Under the pieces are notes generated by a model, which saw only the letters and a program-made list of their open reading frames with translations, was not told the DNA's origin and made no database searches. From a virus (taxonomy: Duplodnaviria > Caudoviricetes), in IMG/VR virus record IMGVR_UViG_3300031853_000006, positions 52,897 to 116,896 of that record: DNA of 64,000 nucleotides. One strand, written 5' to 3'. This document shows positions 1 to 10,066 of the stretch, one piece after another. Numbering within the stretch: the stretch's first letter is position 1; every line of letters starts with the position of its first letter. The position numbers and the translations under genes were made by a program.

Positions 1-2
1 CT

Positions 3-407
3 TATTCAGAGCCGATTGAAACTAGCATATTCTTTGAAGGTAATCCTAAAGTAAGGACATTCAAAAGGCTCGGATGGGTAGTTGAAAACGCACAGGACTT
101 ACCTGCCCTAATACATTGTAGTTTCAACTTACCGCATGTACAGCGTGACAGTATCTTCAGGATCGCAGGGCAGTATTCCGAATTACCTGATAGGATATTC
201 CGAGTAACTGAAATAACATATGATGCACAAAGTCCTGATCACTTGGTGTGCCAGATTGTTCCCATAAACGGAACAGAAGAACAGATAGTAGGCCGTACAA
301 AAGTAGAAGTAAAGAAAACATTCAATACTTCAAACCATTTCTTGAAGTCCGAACTAGATTACAGAGGTAATCAGCATATGACTGTAGAAGAAACAGAGGA
401 GAGATAA
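3..407 (+). CDS. 5'-truncated virion neck/head-completion-like protein
   Basis: Open frame from position 3 (YSEPIETSIFFEGNPKVRTFKRLGW...) to TAA 405-407; lies directly upstream of the terminator-like and sheath genes. Confidence 0.55.
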   Translation, partial: YSEPIETSIFFEGNPKVRTFKRLGWVVENAQDLPALIHCSFNLPHVQRDSIFRIAGQYSELPDRIFRVTEITYDAQSPDHLVCQIVPINGTEEQIVGRTKVEVKKTFNTSNHFLKSELDYRGNQHMTVEETEER

Positions 408-411
408 TTCT

Positions 412-1032
412 ATGTTATGGGCATATGATGACGCAATTGTCAAAGACTTATCAGATTGTATAGACCCTTCGGGAGAAGCAAACAACACTGTCCGAGTGAT
501 GGGTGAAGAAGGCATCATGGGAGTAATGGGTCAGCTGCAAGACGATAGAATTACTTTTCCCGCTATATTTCTAGATCGACATGCAGATACTCCGCTTGAT
601 CCTAGCAGATACAACTTTACTCGTATGAAGAAAGGAGTACCTGCTGTATTTGATCCAGAAGAGAATAACATCTATCTAGAGAAGTCAGTGCCCATTTCAC
701 TCAAATATGATTTGCATGTGTTAACAACTAATACTGTTGACATGGACGAGCTAATGCGAGAGATTCTATTTCGGTACAGTTCTCTCTATTATATAACAAT
801 GGAAGTGCCATATGAATCTAAACGTAAGATCAGATTCGGTGTTGCAATCAATCCTGATACTTCTATCTCTCGCAAGTCAGGCACTGCAGAGTATCTTGAA
901 AACGGCAGACTTTACGAATCAATCATGGAACTAGAGTGCCAAGGGGCAGTGTTAATACACTATACTCCTAGGCATATGGAACGGGTTGTTCTGGATCATA
1001 ATATCCAGATCAAGAACCCCGAAGAACCTTAA
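412..1032 (+). CDS. putative tail terminator / sheath stabiliser (T4 gp15-like position)
   Basis: 206 aa; 'ITFPAIFLDR' and 'VPISLKYDLHVLT...DELMREIL' resemble tail-completion proteins; upstream of sheath. Confidence 0.55.
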   Translation: MLWAYDDAIVKDLSDCIDPSGEANNTVRVMGEEGIMGVMGQLQDDRITFPAIFLDRHADTPLDPSRYNFTRMKKGVPAVFDPEENNIYLEKSVPISLKYDLHVLTTNTVDMDELMREILFRYSSLYYITMEVPYESKRKIRFGVAINPDTSISRKSGTAEYLENGRLYESIMELECQGAVLIHYTPRHMERVVLDHNIQIKNPEEP

Positions 1033-1054
1033 ATAAAAAGGAAGAGGTGATTCA

Positions 1055-1351
1055 ATGTTATACAAAAATGTATCCAGCTCCGTTAAAACTTTTCACGGAA
1101 AAGAATTTCAACCTGGACAGATTCAAGAAGTAGACAAGTATATCAATAACAAATTCATGATATTGGTAGACGAACAGCAGAACACCCAAAAGGAAAACAA
1201 ACCGCAGAAGGAACCGTCTTCTGAACAGTCTAAGAAGGACACTCCTAAGAAAGAAGATCCTAAGCCCGATGTGTCAACAGAGGCTAAAGAAGAGTCAAAA
1301 GATAATCAGAAAGAGAATCAAAAAGACTCTAAAGACTCGAAGAAGGCGTAA
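1055..1351 (+). CDS. hypothetical protein with K/E/Q-rich tail
   Basis: ORF with RBS GAGGTG; ACCTTAAATA motif upstream. Confidence 0.7.
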   Translation: MLYKNVSSSVKTFHGKEFQPGQIQEVDKYINNKFMILVDEQQNTQKENKPQKEPSSEQSKKDTPKKEDPKPDVSTEAKEESKDNQKENQKDSKDSKKA

Positions 1352-1425
1352 CGATTAGCAATCAGACGAGTGTTTGTCTTAAACAAAACGTAACATATTA
1401 ACTACAGTATTAAGGAGGAAGGTTC

Positions 1426-3252
1426 ATGGCTAAGATAACCATCAATGAAATCTCCAAGAACTATACTTACTCTAGCGGTACTAGTTCATTTTGCTCAGTA
1501 GCTCTGCCAATGACGGCAAGCTGGGGACCTGCATTTGAGGATCCCAAAGCAGCAGGACAGGATCTTGCAACAATGCTAGAGACTACTGCATTCCAGCATT
1601 TCGCATCTACTCAGGAAGGTCTGGAAGCATTTACAGCAACTTATAGAGGACCCGCTGCTAACTACAGATCAGCAAAGGATTACTCATACCAGATTGCGCT
1701 CACGTTGCTTACAATAGGATATGATCTTGATGTATGCCGTGTATGTGCAGGATCACACGCGTCAGGAAGATTTGATGCAACAATCGGATCATCAGCTGGA
1801 TCGCTTACACTTAGAGCAAAGTACCCAGGATCATTTGGTAATAACCTGATCGGTGCTTTTTCAAAAGTAAACGGAAGAAACTACTGGAACCTTATCACTT
1901 ATGTTGTTGATTCAACAGGTGCTAAGTCCGCAGTAGAGAATCTCGTGTTTGTGTTCGACATCGAGAACTCAACAGACACTATTCCGCATGTTTCTGAGAT
2001 TGAGTCAGCATTCTTTGATCTGATTGTAGACGGAATTGACACAGACGACGATGTAGTATTCAACGCCGAAACAGTTACACTTGAAGGTGGATCCGATCGT
2101 CTTGCAGATGACGCCGCGGACGTAATGATGGATAGCGCTATTGCGCTTGCAACAACACGTTACGGACTTGTTTCTGCATCAGATCCGACTGATTACCTTG
2201 CAACACTCAACAATGTAAAAGCATCAAACCCGTCGGTATCAAAAGCATCAACAATCCGCTACATGGAGTGGAACTACAATGCAGCTTATTACGTACTTGA
2301 GATACTTACAGATAAGCTTGCATACAATCATAAGAGAATGATCCTTCCCGGATGGGATGACCAGAACTTCGAGTTCCTAACAGGTGAACAGGTAGCAAGA
2401 ATCGGAAGCATTTCACCGCTTCACGCAAGAATGATGAATGTAGCAGCACAGACCAGATGCGCATGTGCATTGCTTGATATTCCGAAATCACTTCTTAGAT
2501 CCGGCGTATGGAACGACTCAACAGTTCCTACACAGGAAGGCTACGCACAGAAGATCGGCAGATACGTTCCTGATTCATCGATCAGCTCAGACGGATTGTT
2601 CCAGACACACAGTGCATTGTTTGCACCTTGGTGCCAGTACAAATACGTAGGCACAGCAAGAAATAATCCGGCTCCGCCGGCATTCCTCGCACTGATGCTT
2701 CAGATCTCAATGCTCAAGAATCAGTCACTTCAGTACGAGTGGGCTATGCCGACAACAAGAAAACATAATCTTGTAATCGGCGCACCTGATTACAAAGTGC
2801 CGAAGAAGCTGTTGGATCAGTGGCAGGGAGAAAGTGGAGTAAGCCTAAACATCATAACACCTATCCCGGATCAGGGCATGACCTTATGGGGCAACAGTAC
2901 GGTTTTCGACCTCCCCGTAGCAACTTATCAGGCGCTTGCAAACCTGTCATCTAGATATCTTCTCGACGCCGTCGAAGATGTCGTTTACAGATGTGGTATC
3001 GGGATTACCTTCCAGTATAACAACGAGGAAGCATACAGCAAGTTCTACGCGGGGGTATCTCCTTTATGCGATACTATGAAAGCAGTTGGTGCTATCACGT
3101 CTTATAATATTACAATGTCCAAAGATATCAACGGATTGGATTCAGTCAATTTGAATTCTGTAGTTGGTGTCGTGGAACTTTATGTAGAAGGTATTATTAC
3201 ATCGATTACTTGCGACCTGGTAGTACTCCCCGCAGGTACAGAAGGGGCTTAA
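1426..3252 (+). CDS. contractile tail sheath protein
   Basis: 608 aa; sheath motifs 'LRAKYPGSFGNNL', 'ALFAPW', 'LWGNST', 'LSSRYL...FQYN'; RBS AAGGAGG. Confidence 0.9.
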   Translation: MAKITINEISKNYTYSSGTSSFCSVALPMTASWGPAFEDPKAAGQDLATMLETTAFQHFASTQEGLEAFTATYRGPAANYRSAKDYSYQIALTLLTIGYDLDVCRVCAGSHASGRFDATIGSSAGSLTLRAKYPGSFGNNLIGAFSKVNGRNYWNLITYVVDSTGAKSAVENLVFVFDIENSTDTIPHVSEIESAFFDLIVDGIDTDDDVVFNAETVTLEGGSDRLADDAADVMMDSAIALATTRYGLVSASDPTDYLATLNNVKASNPSVSKASTIRYMEWNYNAAYYVLEILTDKLAYNHKRMILPGWDDQNFEFLTGEQVARIGSISPLHARMMNVAAQTRCACALLDIPKSLLRSGVWNDSTVPTQEGYAQKIGRYVPDSSISSDGLFQTHSALFAPWCQYKYVGTARNNPAPPAFLALMLQISMLKNQSLQYEWAMPTTRKHNLVIGAPDYKVPKKLLDQWQGESGVSLNIITPIPDQGMTLWGNSTVFDLPVATYQALANLSSRYLLDAVEDVVYRCGIGITFQYNNEEAYSKFYAGVSPLCDTMKAVGAITSYNITMSKDINGLDSVNLNSVVGVVELYVEGIITSITCDLVVLPAGTEGA

Positions 3253-3285
3253 GTAACCTACAACGTACTTCAAGTTAATTCAATC

Positions 3286-3322
3286 AGAGCGAAGCTTATA
3301 AAAGAGCTTCGCTCTTTTTTTT
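3286..3322 (+). terminator. intrinsic terminator after sheath gene
   Basis: AGAGCGAAGCT / AGCTTCGCTCT stem followed by a T run. Confidence 0.85.
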
Positions 3323-3332
3323 GAAAAAACAG

Positions 3333-3361
3333 TTGACAAAATTGCAAATACATATTATAAT
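3333..3361 (+). promoter_or_regulatory. sigmaA/sigma70-type promoter
   Basis: TTGACA-17 nt-TATAAT. Confidence 0.8.
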
Positions 3362-3416
3362 TCTTACACAATGTTAACTAGTCCTACTATTCTGTTAAAG
3401 TAAGGAGGAATATAAT

Positions 3417-5672
3417 ATGCCTAAAGCAATCAATCTAACTAGCACACAAGTAGAAGAACTGAAACAGCTAATTGCAGACGGCACTACACAGCAAAACGCT
3501 TGCAAACATTTTGGAATCTCCGAAAGTAAGTTAGCAGCTATTTGCAAAGAGAATAACATTGAACGCAAGTGGGTTAGAGAATATACTTGTGTTCTGTGCG
3601 GAAAGGTCTTCAAGGCATCTCATAAATCTGCTATATGTCCTGAATGCAAAGCTACTCCGAATGTGTGTGTAATCTGCGGAAAAGCATTCCCAAAGAAGTA
3701 TTTCCCTTACAATCAAAAGACGTGTTCCGCTAAATGTCGAGGAGCATACAGAGCTCAATCCGGCACCGCAAAAGCAGGAGCACAGAAAATGAAAGAAACT
3801 AAAATGGAGCGCTACGGCACGCTAGATCCTGCGGAAGTAACTAAGAAGAAAAAGGGAGGAGAACTTGATCCCAAGATCTGCCCATTGTGTGGAAAAGAAT
3901 TTGTACCGGATACTCCTAGACAAGTCTACTGCAAAGATGTTCATTATGTTCCCTGTCCGGTCTGTGGCAAGATGACAGAACTCAAAGATATTTCTATAGG
4001 CCCTCAGGCTTGCTCAGAAGGATGTAGAATGGCAAGGATCAATCAAACTTGCCTAGAGCGATACGGGAATAAGGACGCAGTCAATTCGGAGCACGCGAAG
4101 AAACTGGGAAAGCAAACATCGCTTAGAAAGTATGGCAAAGAATATTACATGCAGACTGATAAAGCGAAGCAGCATTACAAAGATGTTATCCAAGAGAGAT
4201 ATGGAGTCACAGCTCCTATAGCATATCCAGAATTCAAGGAGAAGGCTAAGCGGACTAATCTGGAGAAGTATGGAACAGAGTATGCTTCACAGTCTGAAGA
4301 GATAAAAGAAAAGGTTAGACAGACTAATCAAGAGCTCTATGGTGGGGCAGGCTTCGCTTCGCCTATATTACGCAAGCGCATAACAGAAACAAACAAAGAG
4401 CGGTATGGAGTAGAATTTCCAGTGAGCAGCCCAGAAATCCGACAGAAGATATCTCAGTCCCTTCGTGATAATTATGGAGTAGATAACTTCTGGAAAACCA
4501 AAGAAGACTTAGCAAGACGGATCAAAGATCCAAGAAAGATTGACGATTACTACGCATTTAAGCAAGATCCTAGAGGGTATGTAGAAAGCCATTACGAAGA
4601 TAAACCTCCAATCTATGTACTAGCAGATGATCTGGGAGTCACAGATACGCCCATTTATGATATACTCATCAACGCGAAATGTCAAGATGTAATAGATAGA
4701 ACTAAACAGTCTAGCATGGAGTATGAAATCGAGCACTTATTGCGAAAGCTGGTGCCCGATGCAGAGATATGGGTCAATTGTAGACGAGTTCTTCCTGAAA
4801 ATAAAGAGATTGATTTCTACTTGCCAGAATACAAATTCGGCATTGAATGTAATCCAACTATCACGCATAATTCTACAGTGTCTGCATGGAACCCTGGAGT
4901 AGATCCCGCGCTGCCCGTCAGTTATCATAAACAGAAATCAGAACAAGCCATGCAGGTAGGCGTGTTCCTATTTCATATATTTGGATATGAATGGACAAAC
5001 AAACGAGCCATAATAGAATCAATGATTGCAAATATCTTAGGCAAAAATACAAATAAGGTCTATGCGAGGAATACACAGATAATACAAGTAGACGCGCCGA
5101 CGGCTAAGAAGTTTCTAGACGATAATCACCGCCAAGGAGGGACTAACGCACCTATCAGATTAGGGCTCAAAGATAAGATTACTAACGAATTAGTGAGCCT
5201 CATGACCTTTGGAAAAACACGTCCTAGTATCGGAAAGGAGCAAGATGCATTAGATACAGATTACGAATTGATACGATTCTGCAACAAATTGGGTACATCT
5301 GTAGTCGGAGGAGCGTCGAAGTTATTTAAGCATTTCTTATCAGAATATGCCCCAACAAAAGTGATATCATTTTCTGACATAGCACATACTAAAGGAGGAC
5401 TGTACCGGACACTAGGGTTCAAGGATGTAAGTCATTCTGATCCCGGATATGTATGGGTGAAACATTACACTGACGAATACCGAAACCGTGTATCCTGCCA
5501 GAAGGCGAACCTTCTAAAAATGTTTGACGATGTGACAGAAGAGGATATTGAAACAAAGTCAGAACGAAAAATCATGATAGACCACAAATACGTACAGGTT
5601 TACGATAGCGGAGTCATACGATGGGAGTATACTCCAGTATCGTTAAATAGTGCAGAAGATGGAGGTGAATGA
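3417..5672 (+). CDS. Hef-like free-standing homing endonuclease (HTH, CxxC zinc ribbons, TxxERYG repeats, PD-(D/E)xK-like domain)
   Basis: 'EIDFYLPEYKFGIECNP..THNS..YH', 'YARNT..FLDDNHRQG..LVSLMTF..ELIRFC..VVGGASKLF' match the large-phage Hef-like family. Confidence 0.75.
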   Translation: MPKAINLTSTQVEELKQLIADGTTQQNACKHFGISESKLAAICKENNIERKWVREYTCVLCGKVFKASHKSAICPECKATPNVCVICGKAFPKKYFPYNQKTCSAKCRGAYRAQSGTAKAGAQKMKETKMERYGTLDPAEVTKKKKGGELDPKICPLCGKEFVPDTPRQVYCKDVHYVPCPVCGKMTELKDISIGPQACSEGCRMARINQTCLERYGNKDAVNSEHAKKLGKQTSLRKYGKEYYMQTDKAKQHYKDVIQERYGVTAPIAYPEFKEKAKRTNLEKYGTEYASQSEEIKEKVRQTNQELYGGAGFASPILRKRITETNKERYGVEFPVSSPEIRQKISQSLRDNYGVDNFWKTKEDLARRIKDPRKIDDYYAFKQDPRGYVESHYEDKPPIYVLADDLGVTDTPIYDILINAKCQDVIDRTKQSSMEYEIEHLLRKLVPDAEIWVNCRRVLPENKEIDFYLPEYKFGIECNPTITHNSTVSAWNPGVDPALPVSYHKQKSEQAMQVGVFLFHIFGYEWTNKRAIIESMIANILGKNTNKVYARNTQIIQVDAPTAKKFLDDNHRQGGTNAPIRLGLKDKITNELVSLMTFGKTRPSIGKEQDALDTDYELIRFCNKLGTSVVGGASKLFKHFLSEYAPTKVISFSDIAHTKGGLYRTLGFKDVSHSDPGYVWVKHYTDEYRNRVSCQKANLLKMFDDVTEEDIETKSERKIMIDHKYVQVYDSGVIRWEYTPVSLNSAEDGGE

Positions 5673-5673
5673 C

Positions 5674-7686
5674 ATGGCAACTTACACCTGCAAACGGTGC
5701 GGAAAACAGTTTGACCTAAGAGGTTTCAGCAAGTATTGCAAAGAATGTCGTGATTACTACACACCTTGCGTTATTTGCGGAACTCCAGTGCACCAGACGA
5801 ATCCGGAAAATGAAGCTAAAACATGTTCAAGAAAGTGTGCAGGGCTGTATAGAAAACAATCTGGAATAAGTAAAGCTACTGCGGAGAAATCGATAGCGAC
5901 TAAGAATAAGAAGTACGGCAACGGGTCAGGGGCTAAGTACAAGCCGAGGAAGTGTAAGCTCTGCGGAAAAGAGTTTATCCCAAATGGTTCAAAACAAGTT
6001 TACTGCAAGAATCCACATTACGGTCCGTGCCCTGTTTGCGGTAAGCAAACACTTATAAGGGAATTAAGCAAAGGACCGAACGCTTGTTCAGAAGAGTGTA
6101 GAATAGCTCTTATTACTAAGTTAGCGAGAGAGCGCGATAATACCGAGTCGCTGAAGAAGAACCGGCAGACTTGCTTAGAAAGGTACGGAGTTGAATATTA
6201 TTCCCAGACTAAAGAGTGGCGTGACAAAGTAGCCGAAACGTCAATGGAACATTACGGAACTACTTGCCCGCTAGCTAGCCCCGAAATTCATGAACAACTT
6301 GTTAAAACTAATATAGAGAAATATGGCTATGCTAATCCTGCGCAAGCTCCTGAAATAATTGAAAAGATTTCAAAGACTTTAGAAGAGCGTCATGGAGGTT
6401 GCGGAATGGCATCTGACGCAACACGTGAAAAGATATATGCAACTAACAAAGAACGCTACGGAGATATCCACCCTGCAAGGACTTTACAATGTAAGGAGAA
6501 GGGGAAGCAAACATCGTTGGCTCGTTACGGATACGAAAGCTATGCAAGTACTAAGGAAAGCATTGCACGTAGTATGCTAGATCCTAGCAAAATTGATGAC
6601 TTCTGGAGCTTTCGCGCAGATCCTGAAACGTATGTAACATCTCATTACAAAGTGAAACCATATGCAGATGAATTAGCTGCCGATCTAGGATTCAATGAAA
6701 CATCTGTATATGACATATTGATCAACTTCAACTGCAAAGATGTAATCAATCGTAGCAAAACTTCTATTATAGAAAGAGAGATGTACGAGTTCCTGACTAC
6801 ATTAGTCCCCGAATCTGAAATCAGAAAATGTGACAAACGGACAATCACCCCACTAGAATTAGATTTCTATCTGCCGAACTATAATTTTGCAATTGAATGC
6901 AATCCAACATATACTCACAATTCCTCATTCAAGTCCTTCGGAGAGGGTGAGCCTAAAACAACAGTGTACCACAGAAACAAAACAGATAAAGCAGAAGAAG
7001 CTGGGATATTTCTGATGCATGTTTTCGGGTATGATTGGCTTTATAAACAGGACATCATTAAATCGATGATACGCAACGCCTTAGGAAAATGTGATACTAC
7101 AATTTACGCCCGGAATACAGAAGTAAAAGAGCTAGATGCAAAAACTACTCGTGAGTTTCTCAACACTAATCACAGACAAGGTGATGCATCATCTCCTATC
7201 AGATTAGGTCTAATAGATAAGCAGACGAAAGAGCTTGTTTCAGTAATGACGTTTAGCAAACCTCGTACAACTATCGGAAGTAGTGCAGATGATCCTGAAG
7301 GATCTTATGAGCTTGTCAGATTCTGTAGTTTGCTAAATACTTCTGTAGTAGGAGGGGCTTCAAAACTATTCAAGTGGTTTAGTAGTAACTATAATCCTAC
7401 AAAGATAATATCATTCTCAGATAGAGCGCATACTCGAGGAAACTTATACAGCTCCTTAGGTTTTCACGAAGTTCGAAGATCTGATCCCGGTTACGCATGG
7501 GTCAACGTATACACAGAAGACTACAAGAGCCGTGTAGCCTGCCAAAAACACAAACTCCCTCAGCTATTTGACGACGTAACTGAAGAAGATATGAGCAATA
7601 AGTCAGAACGAATCATAATGATGGAACATAATTACGCGCAAGTTTATGACAGCGGGACAATACGATGGGAGCTAGAACCCCGTTGA
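5674..7686 (+). CDS. Hef-like free-standing homing endonuclease (paralog)
   Basis: Same architecture as 3417-5672; start moved to ATG 5674 after GGAGGTG. Confidence 0.75.
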   Translation: MATYTCKRCGKQFDLRGFSKYCKECRDYYTPCVICGTPVHQTNPENEAKTCSRKCAGLYRKQSGISKATAEKSIATKNKKYGNGSGAKYKPRKCKLCGKEFIPNGSKQVYCKNPHYGPCPVCGKQTLIRELSKGPNACSEECRIALITKLARERDNTESLKKNRQTCLERYGVEYYSQTKEWRDKVAETSMEHYGTTCPLASPEIHEQLVKTNIEKYGYANPAQAPEIIEKISKTLEERHGGCGMASDATREKIYATNKERYGDIHPARTLQCKEKGKQTSLARYGYESYASTKESIARSMLDPSKIDDFWSFRADPETYVTSHYKVKPYADELAADLGFNETSVYDILINFNCKDVINRSKTSIIEREMYEFLTTLVPESEIRKCDKRTITPLELDFYLPNYNFAIECNPTYTHNSSFKSFGEGEPKTTVYHRNKTDKAEEAGIFLMHVFGYDWLYKQDIIKSMIRNALGKCDTTIYARNTEVKELDAKTTREFLNTNHRQGDASSPIRLGLIDKQTKELVSVMTFSKPRTTIGSSADDPEGSYELVRFCSLLNTSVVGGASKLFKWFSSNYNPTKIISFSDRAHTRGNLYSSLGFHEVRRSDPGYAWVNVYTEDYKSRVACQKHKLPQLFDDVTEEDMSNKSERIIMMEHNYAQVYDSGTIRWELEPR

Positions 7687-7696
7687 TAACACAACG

Positions 7697-7733
7697 AAAA
7701 AGGTTGTATCTCTAATTGAGGTACAACCTTCTT
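7697..7733. terminator. probable bidirectional terminator
   Basis: AAGGTTGTATCTC / GAGGTACAACCTT stem between convergent genes. Confidence 0.65.
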
Positions 7734-7838
7734 GATATTTATGTAGAATGTGAATCTAGTGGAGTTTCGAGGTTAGATCAGTGTGTTAATTGGCCTTGCG
7801 TGTCATGACTCCTATTGCATGCTCTAAACTACTTGTTA

Positions 7839-8405
7839 CTATCGGCTAGCAACTTCTACAGCGCGTTTGATTACTTTCTTAGCATAGTCGAAAGCCTCTT
7901 CGTAAGATCCATATTTCTCTCCGTTTACAGTTATAATTCTTGTATAAGTTTCTAAATTTTCTATCTGCTCATCAGTCAAATATTCTTTAAGTTTTTCAGA
8001 TTTCAGCTCCTGATCTTTGTTATATTTCTGTGAAGCGCTGCGCTTGGGACTATGATTAGATATGCGCAATCTGATCCTGATATTAGCTATGACATTTCCA
8101 TCTGCGTCTGTTGCTAAGTAGTTATAGTAGTGTGAATGATCTGGACTAACATTTTTATATGTCCCAATCAATCCGTAGTTAACTTCGCACAGCCATTCTA
8201 TGTCCTCCATGAATGCTTCGAAATCATCTATCATCCATTGCTTAATCTTCTTCTTATGCCTCGAAATTACGGGCCTGGAGGGGAGTTTAGGATGCGGAAT
8301 ACGTTCAGCTGCAGCTATAGTTCGAGGGTCAATCGAATAACCTGCGTCTACTACTATGTCAATGATTGCAGGATTAGTTTGATTACCCCTAACAAATATC
8401 TTCAT
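7839..8405 (-). CDS. LRIS[DN]H-motif protein, paralog of 46485-47000 (possible RNase-like effector)
   Basis: Shares S-x-YY...LRISNH...I-x-V-x-G..Y..A motifs with 46485; RBS AGGAAGGAG. Confidence 0.75.
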   Translation of the reverse strand: MKIFVRGNQTNPAIIDIVVDAGYSIDPRTIAAAERIPHPKLPSRPVISRHKKKIKQWMIDDFEAFMEDIEWLCEVNYGLIGTYKNVSPDHSHYYNYLATDADGNVIANIRIRLRISNHSPKRSASQKYNKDQELKSEKLKEYLTDEQIENLETYTRIITVNGEKYGSYEEAFDYAKKVIKRAVEVASR

Positions 8406-8421
8406 ATCTATACTCCTTCCT

Positions 8422-8586
8422 AAAATATAAAAGCATCACTAGAAGTAGAACAGTATGTTCTCGGCCAAGACAACAATACCCACGATTCTCTAGTGATGCT
8501 AATATTCATAACGATTTACATCGTTGGGTACTTATCTCTATGTCTTGGCTTAATTTTATTATAAGCCCTGATAGGTGAAAAGTCAA
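8422..8586 (-). promoter_or_regulatory. sigmaA promoter plus structured leader RNA with internal ATCGTTA motif
   Basis: TTGACT(8586-8581)-17-TATAAT(8563-8558); stems 8549-8541/8472-8464, 8530-8520/8486-8477, 8500-8489/8443-8432; U tract before RBS. Confidence 0.7.
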
Positions 8587-8725
8587 GACTTTTCTTAATA
8601 TTTTCCAAATTACACAACGATTGCATATGAAAATCGTTAAATAATTCAAGAAGGGCACTTGACCCCTCACACGACGTAATGAGCAAATTACTTGAATCAG
8701 GATTCTAAAAGGAGAAGAACCGCCT

Positions 8726-9034
8726 ATGGATCACAGAGATAACAAAAAGAAAGTACTAAGTTCCGGAGGAAGCCGAAGATTATCGAATCAGCTGAATCCG
8801 TCGTTTACAACAGAACGAAGAAAAGATGAATGGTTGATTGATAGTTGCATTTACAAAGCCGATCAAAAGTTTTCTAATTCGCACTGCGGTAAGAGGTGTA
8901 AGAATAGGAATGTTAGCGCTCTTAAGTGCCGAGGCGGATGCGGTTGTGAATACTACTTGTCGACGAAAGAATGGCGTCTTTCAAAGAAGGGCAAAGCGAT
9001 TAACCTGAAGGAGGAGTTAGGTCATGCCAGATGA
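8726..9034 (+). CDS. hypothetical Cys-rich protein
   Basis: ORF with AAGGAG RBS; several Cys residues. Confidence 0.55.
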   Translation: MDHRDNKKKVLSSGGSRRLSNQLNPSFTTERRKDEWLIDSCIYKADQKFSNSHCGKRCKNRNVSALKCRGGCGCEYYLSTKEWRLSKKGKAINLKEELGHAR

Positions 9035-9389
9035 TAACTACGACAGCTCTATAATTGTCCAAAATTGGCTCAAAGATCACAACATTCCTTTCACTACAGA
9101 ACAGACATTCGAAGGACTTGTAGGACAGAGCGGAGCTCACTTGAGATTCGACATTTACCTAGAACAGCACAAAATGTGTATAGAAGTGGACGGGCAGCAG
9201 CATTATCGAGCGTGCAAAAATGTCAATATGAAAACTTTTCTCAAAAAGAGAAATCATGACAGGCGTAAAGAATGGTACTGTTATACACACGGGCTGTTCT
9301 TGTTGAGACTAGTCTGGGACGAACTCGCTTACTTAGATCAAATTCTCGGTTTCCTACTAAAATGGGAAGCGACGCTAGTACAAAGCTGA
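9024..9389 (+). CDS. PD-(D/E)xK (Vsr/DUF559-like) endonuclease
   Basis: 'EQTF..L....LRFDIYL....CIEVDGQQHY...HD..K..YC..HG..LLR' motif. Confidence 0.75.
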   Translation: MPDDNYDSSIIVQNWLKDHNIPFTTEQTFEGLVGQSGAHLRFDIYLEQHKMCIEVDGQQHYRACKNVNMKTFLKKRNHDRRKEWYCYTHGLFLLRLVWDELAYLDQILGFLLKWEATLVQS

Positions 9390-9426
9390 GAAACTAGACT
9401 AATTTTGTTTTCATTATAAAAAAGTC

Positions 9427-9455
9427 TTGACAAATTCATATATTTATCATATAAT
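9427..9455 (+). promoter_or_regulatory. conserved sigmaA-type early promoter repeat
   Basis: AAAGTCTTGACAAATTCATA...ATCATATAAT; TTGACA-17-TATAAT. Confidence 0.85.
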
Positions 9456-9502
9456 ATAATTGTATCGATCATTAAACACTTTATCAGGTAGGAGGCGTAA
9501 TC

Positions 9503-10066
9503 ATGAAAGTATTCAGAGAGATGGAAACAGATACAAATACCTTCAAAATAGGAGACAGGATCGAAGTACAGTTCGGGAATGAATCTCACTACGCAACAGC
9601 CATCCAGCAAAGAGGCTATGAAATGCTCTTTCTAACCGATGATTACCTCGACGATGCAATGCCTATGAATCCAACACCCTTGACTGAGGGAGGATGGGCA
9701 GAGAGTGAACTCAGGAAAAGACTGCAGAGTGTAGCAGAAACCGTCGACATCAAAGATCAGCTAGTGCCCTTTGAAAACGGGGACCTTTTGACTCTCTTAA
9801 GTATTCAAGAGATGTTCGGACTTGACAAGAGCTTCAATGAATGCGAAGGGCAGATTGAGTGGCTGAAAGATCGCAGACACAGAATCACAGAAAGAAAGGG
9901 CGATCCTTACGAATGGGGATGGCTGCGCTCAGTCGTATCCGCGTCGAGTTTCGCGATTGTCGACAGTGACGGCTGTGCGGACCGTGGGGGTGCGTCCTAC
10001 GCTCATGGCGTCTGCCCAGCTTTCCTGATCAAGAATACTATCACAGAAAGCGAGGTAGAGGAATGA
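9503..10066 (+). CDS. DUF6273-like (CLec-fold) protein, candidate DGR target
   Basis: 'GW..SELR..L' and C-terminal 'WGWLRS....F..V...G......A....GVCPAF'. Confidence 0.7.
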   Translation: MKVFREMETDTNTFKIGDRIEVQFGNESHYATAIQQRGYEMLFLTDDYLDDAMPMNPTPLTEGGWAESELRKRLQSVAETVDIKDQLVPFENGDLLTLLSIQEMFGLDKSFNECEGQIEWLKDRRHRITERKGDPYEWGWLRSVVSASSFAIVDSDGCADRGGASYAHGVCPAFLIKNTITESEVEE

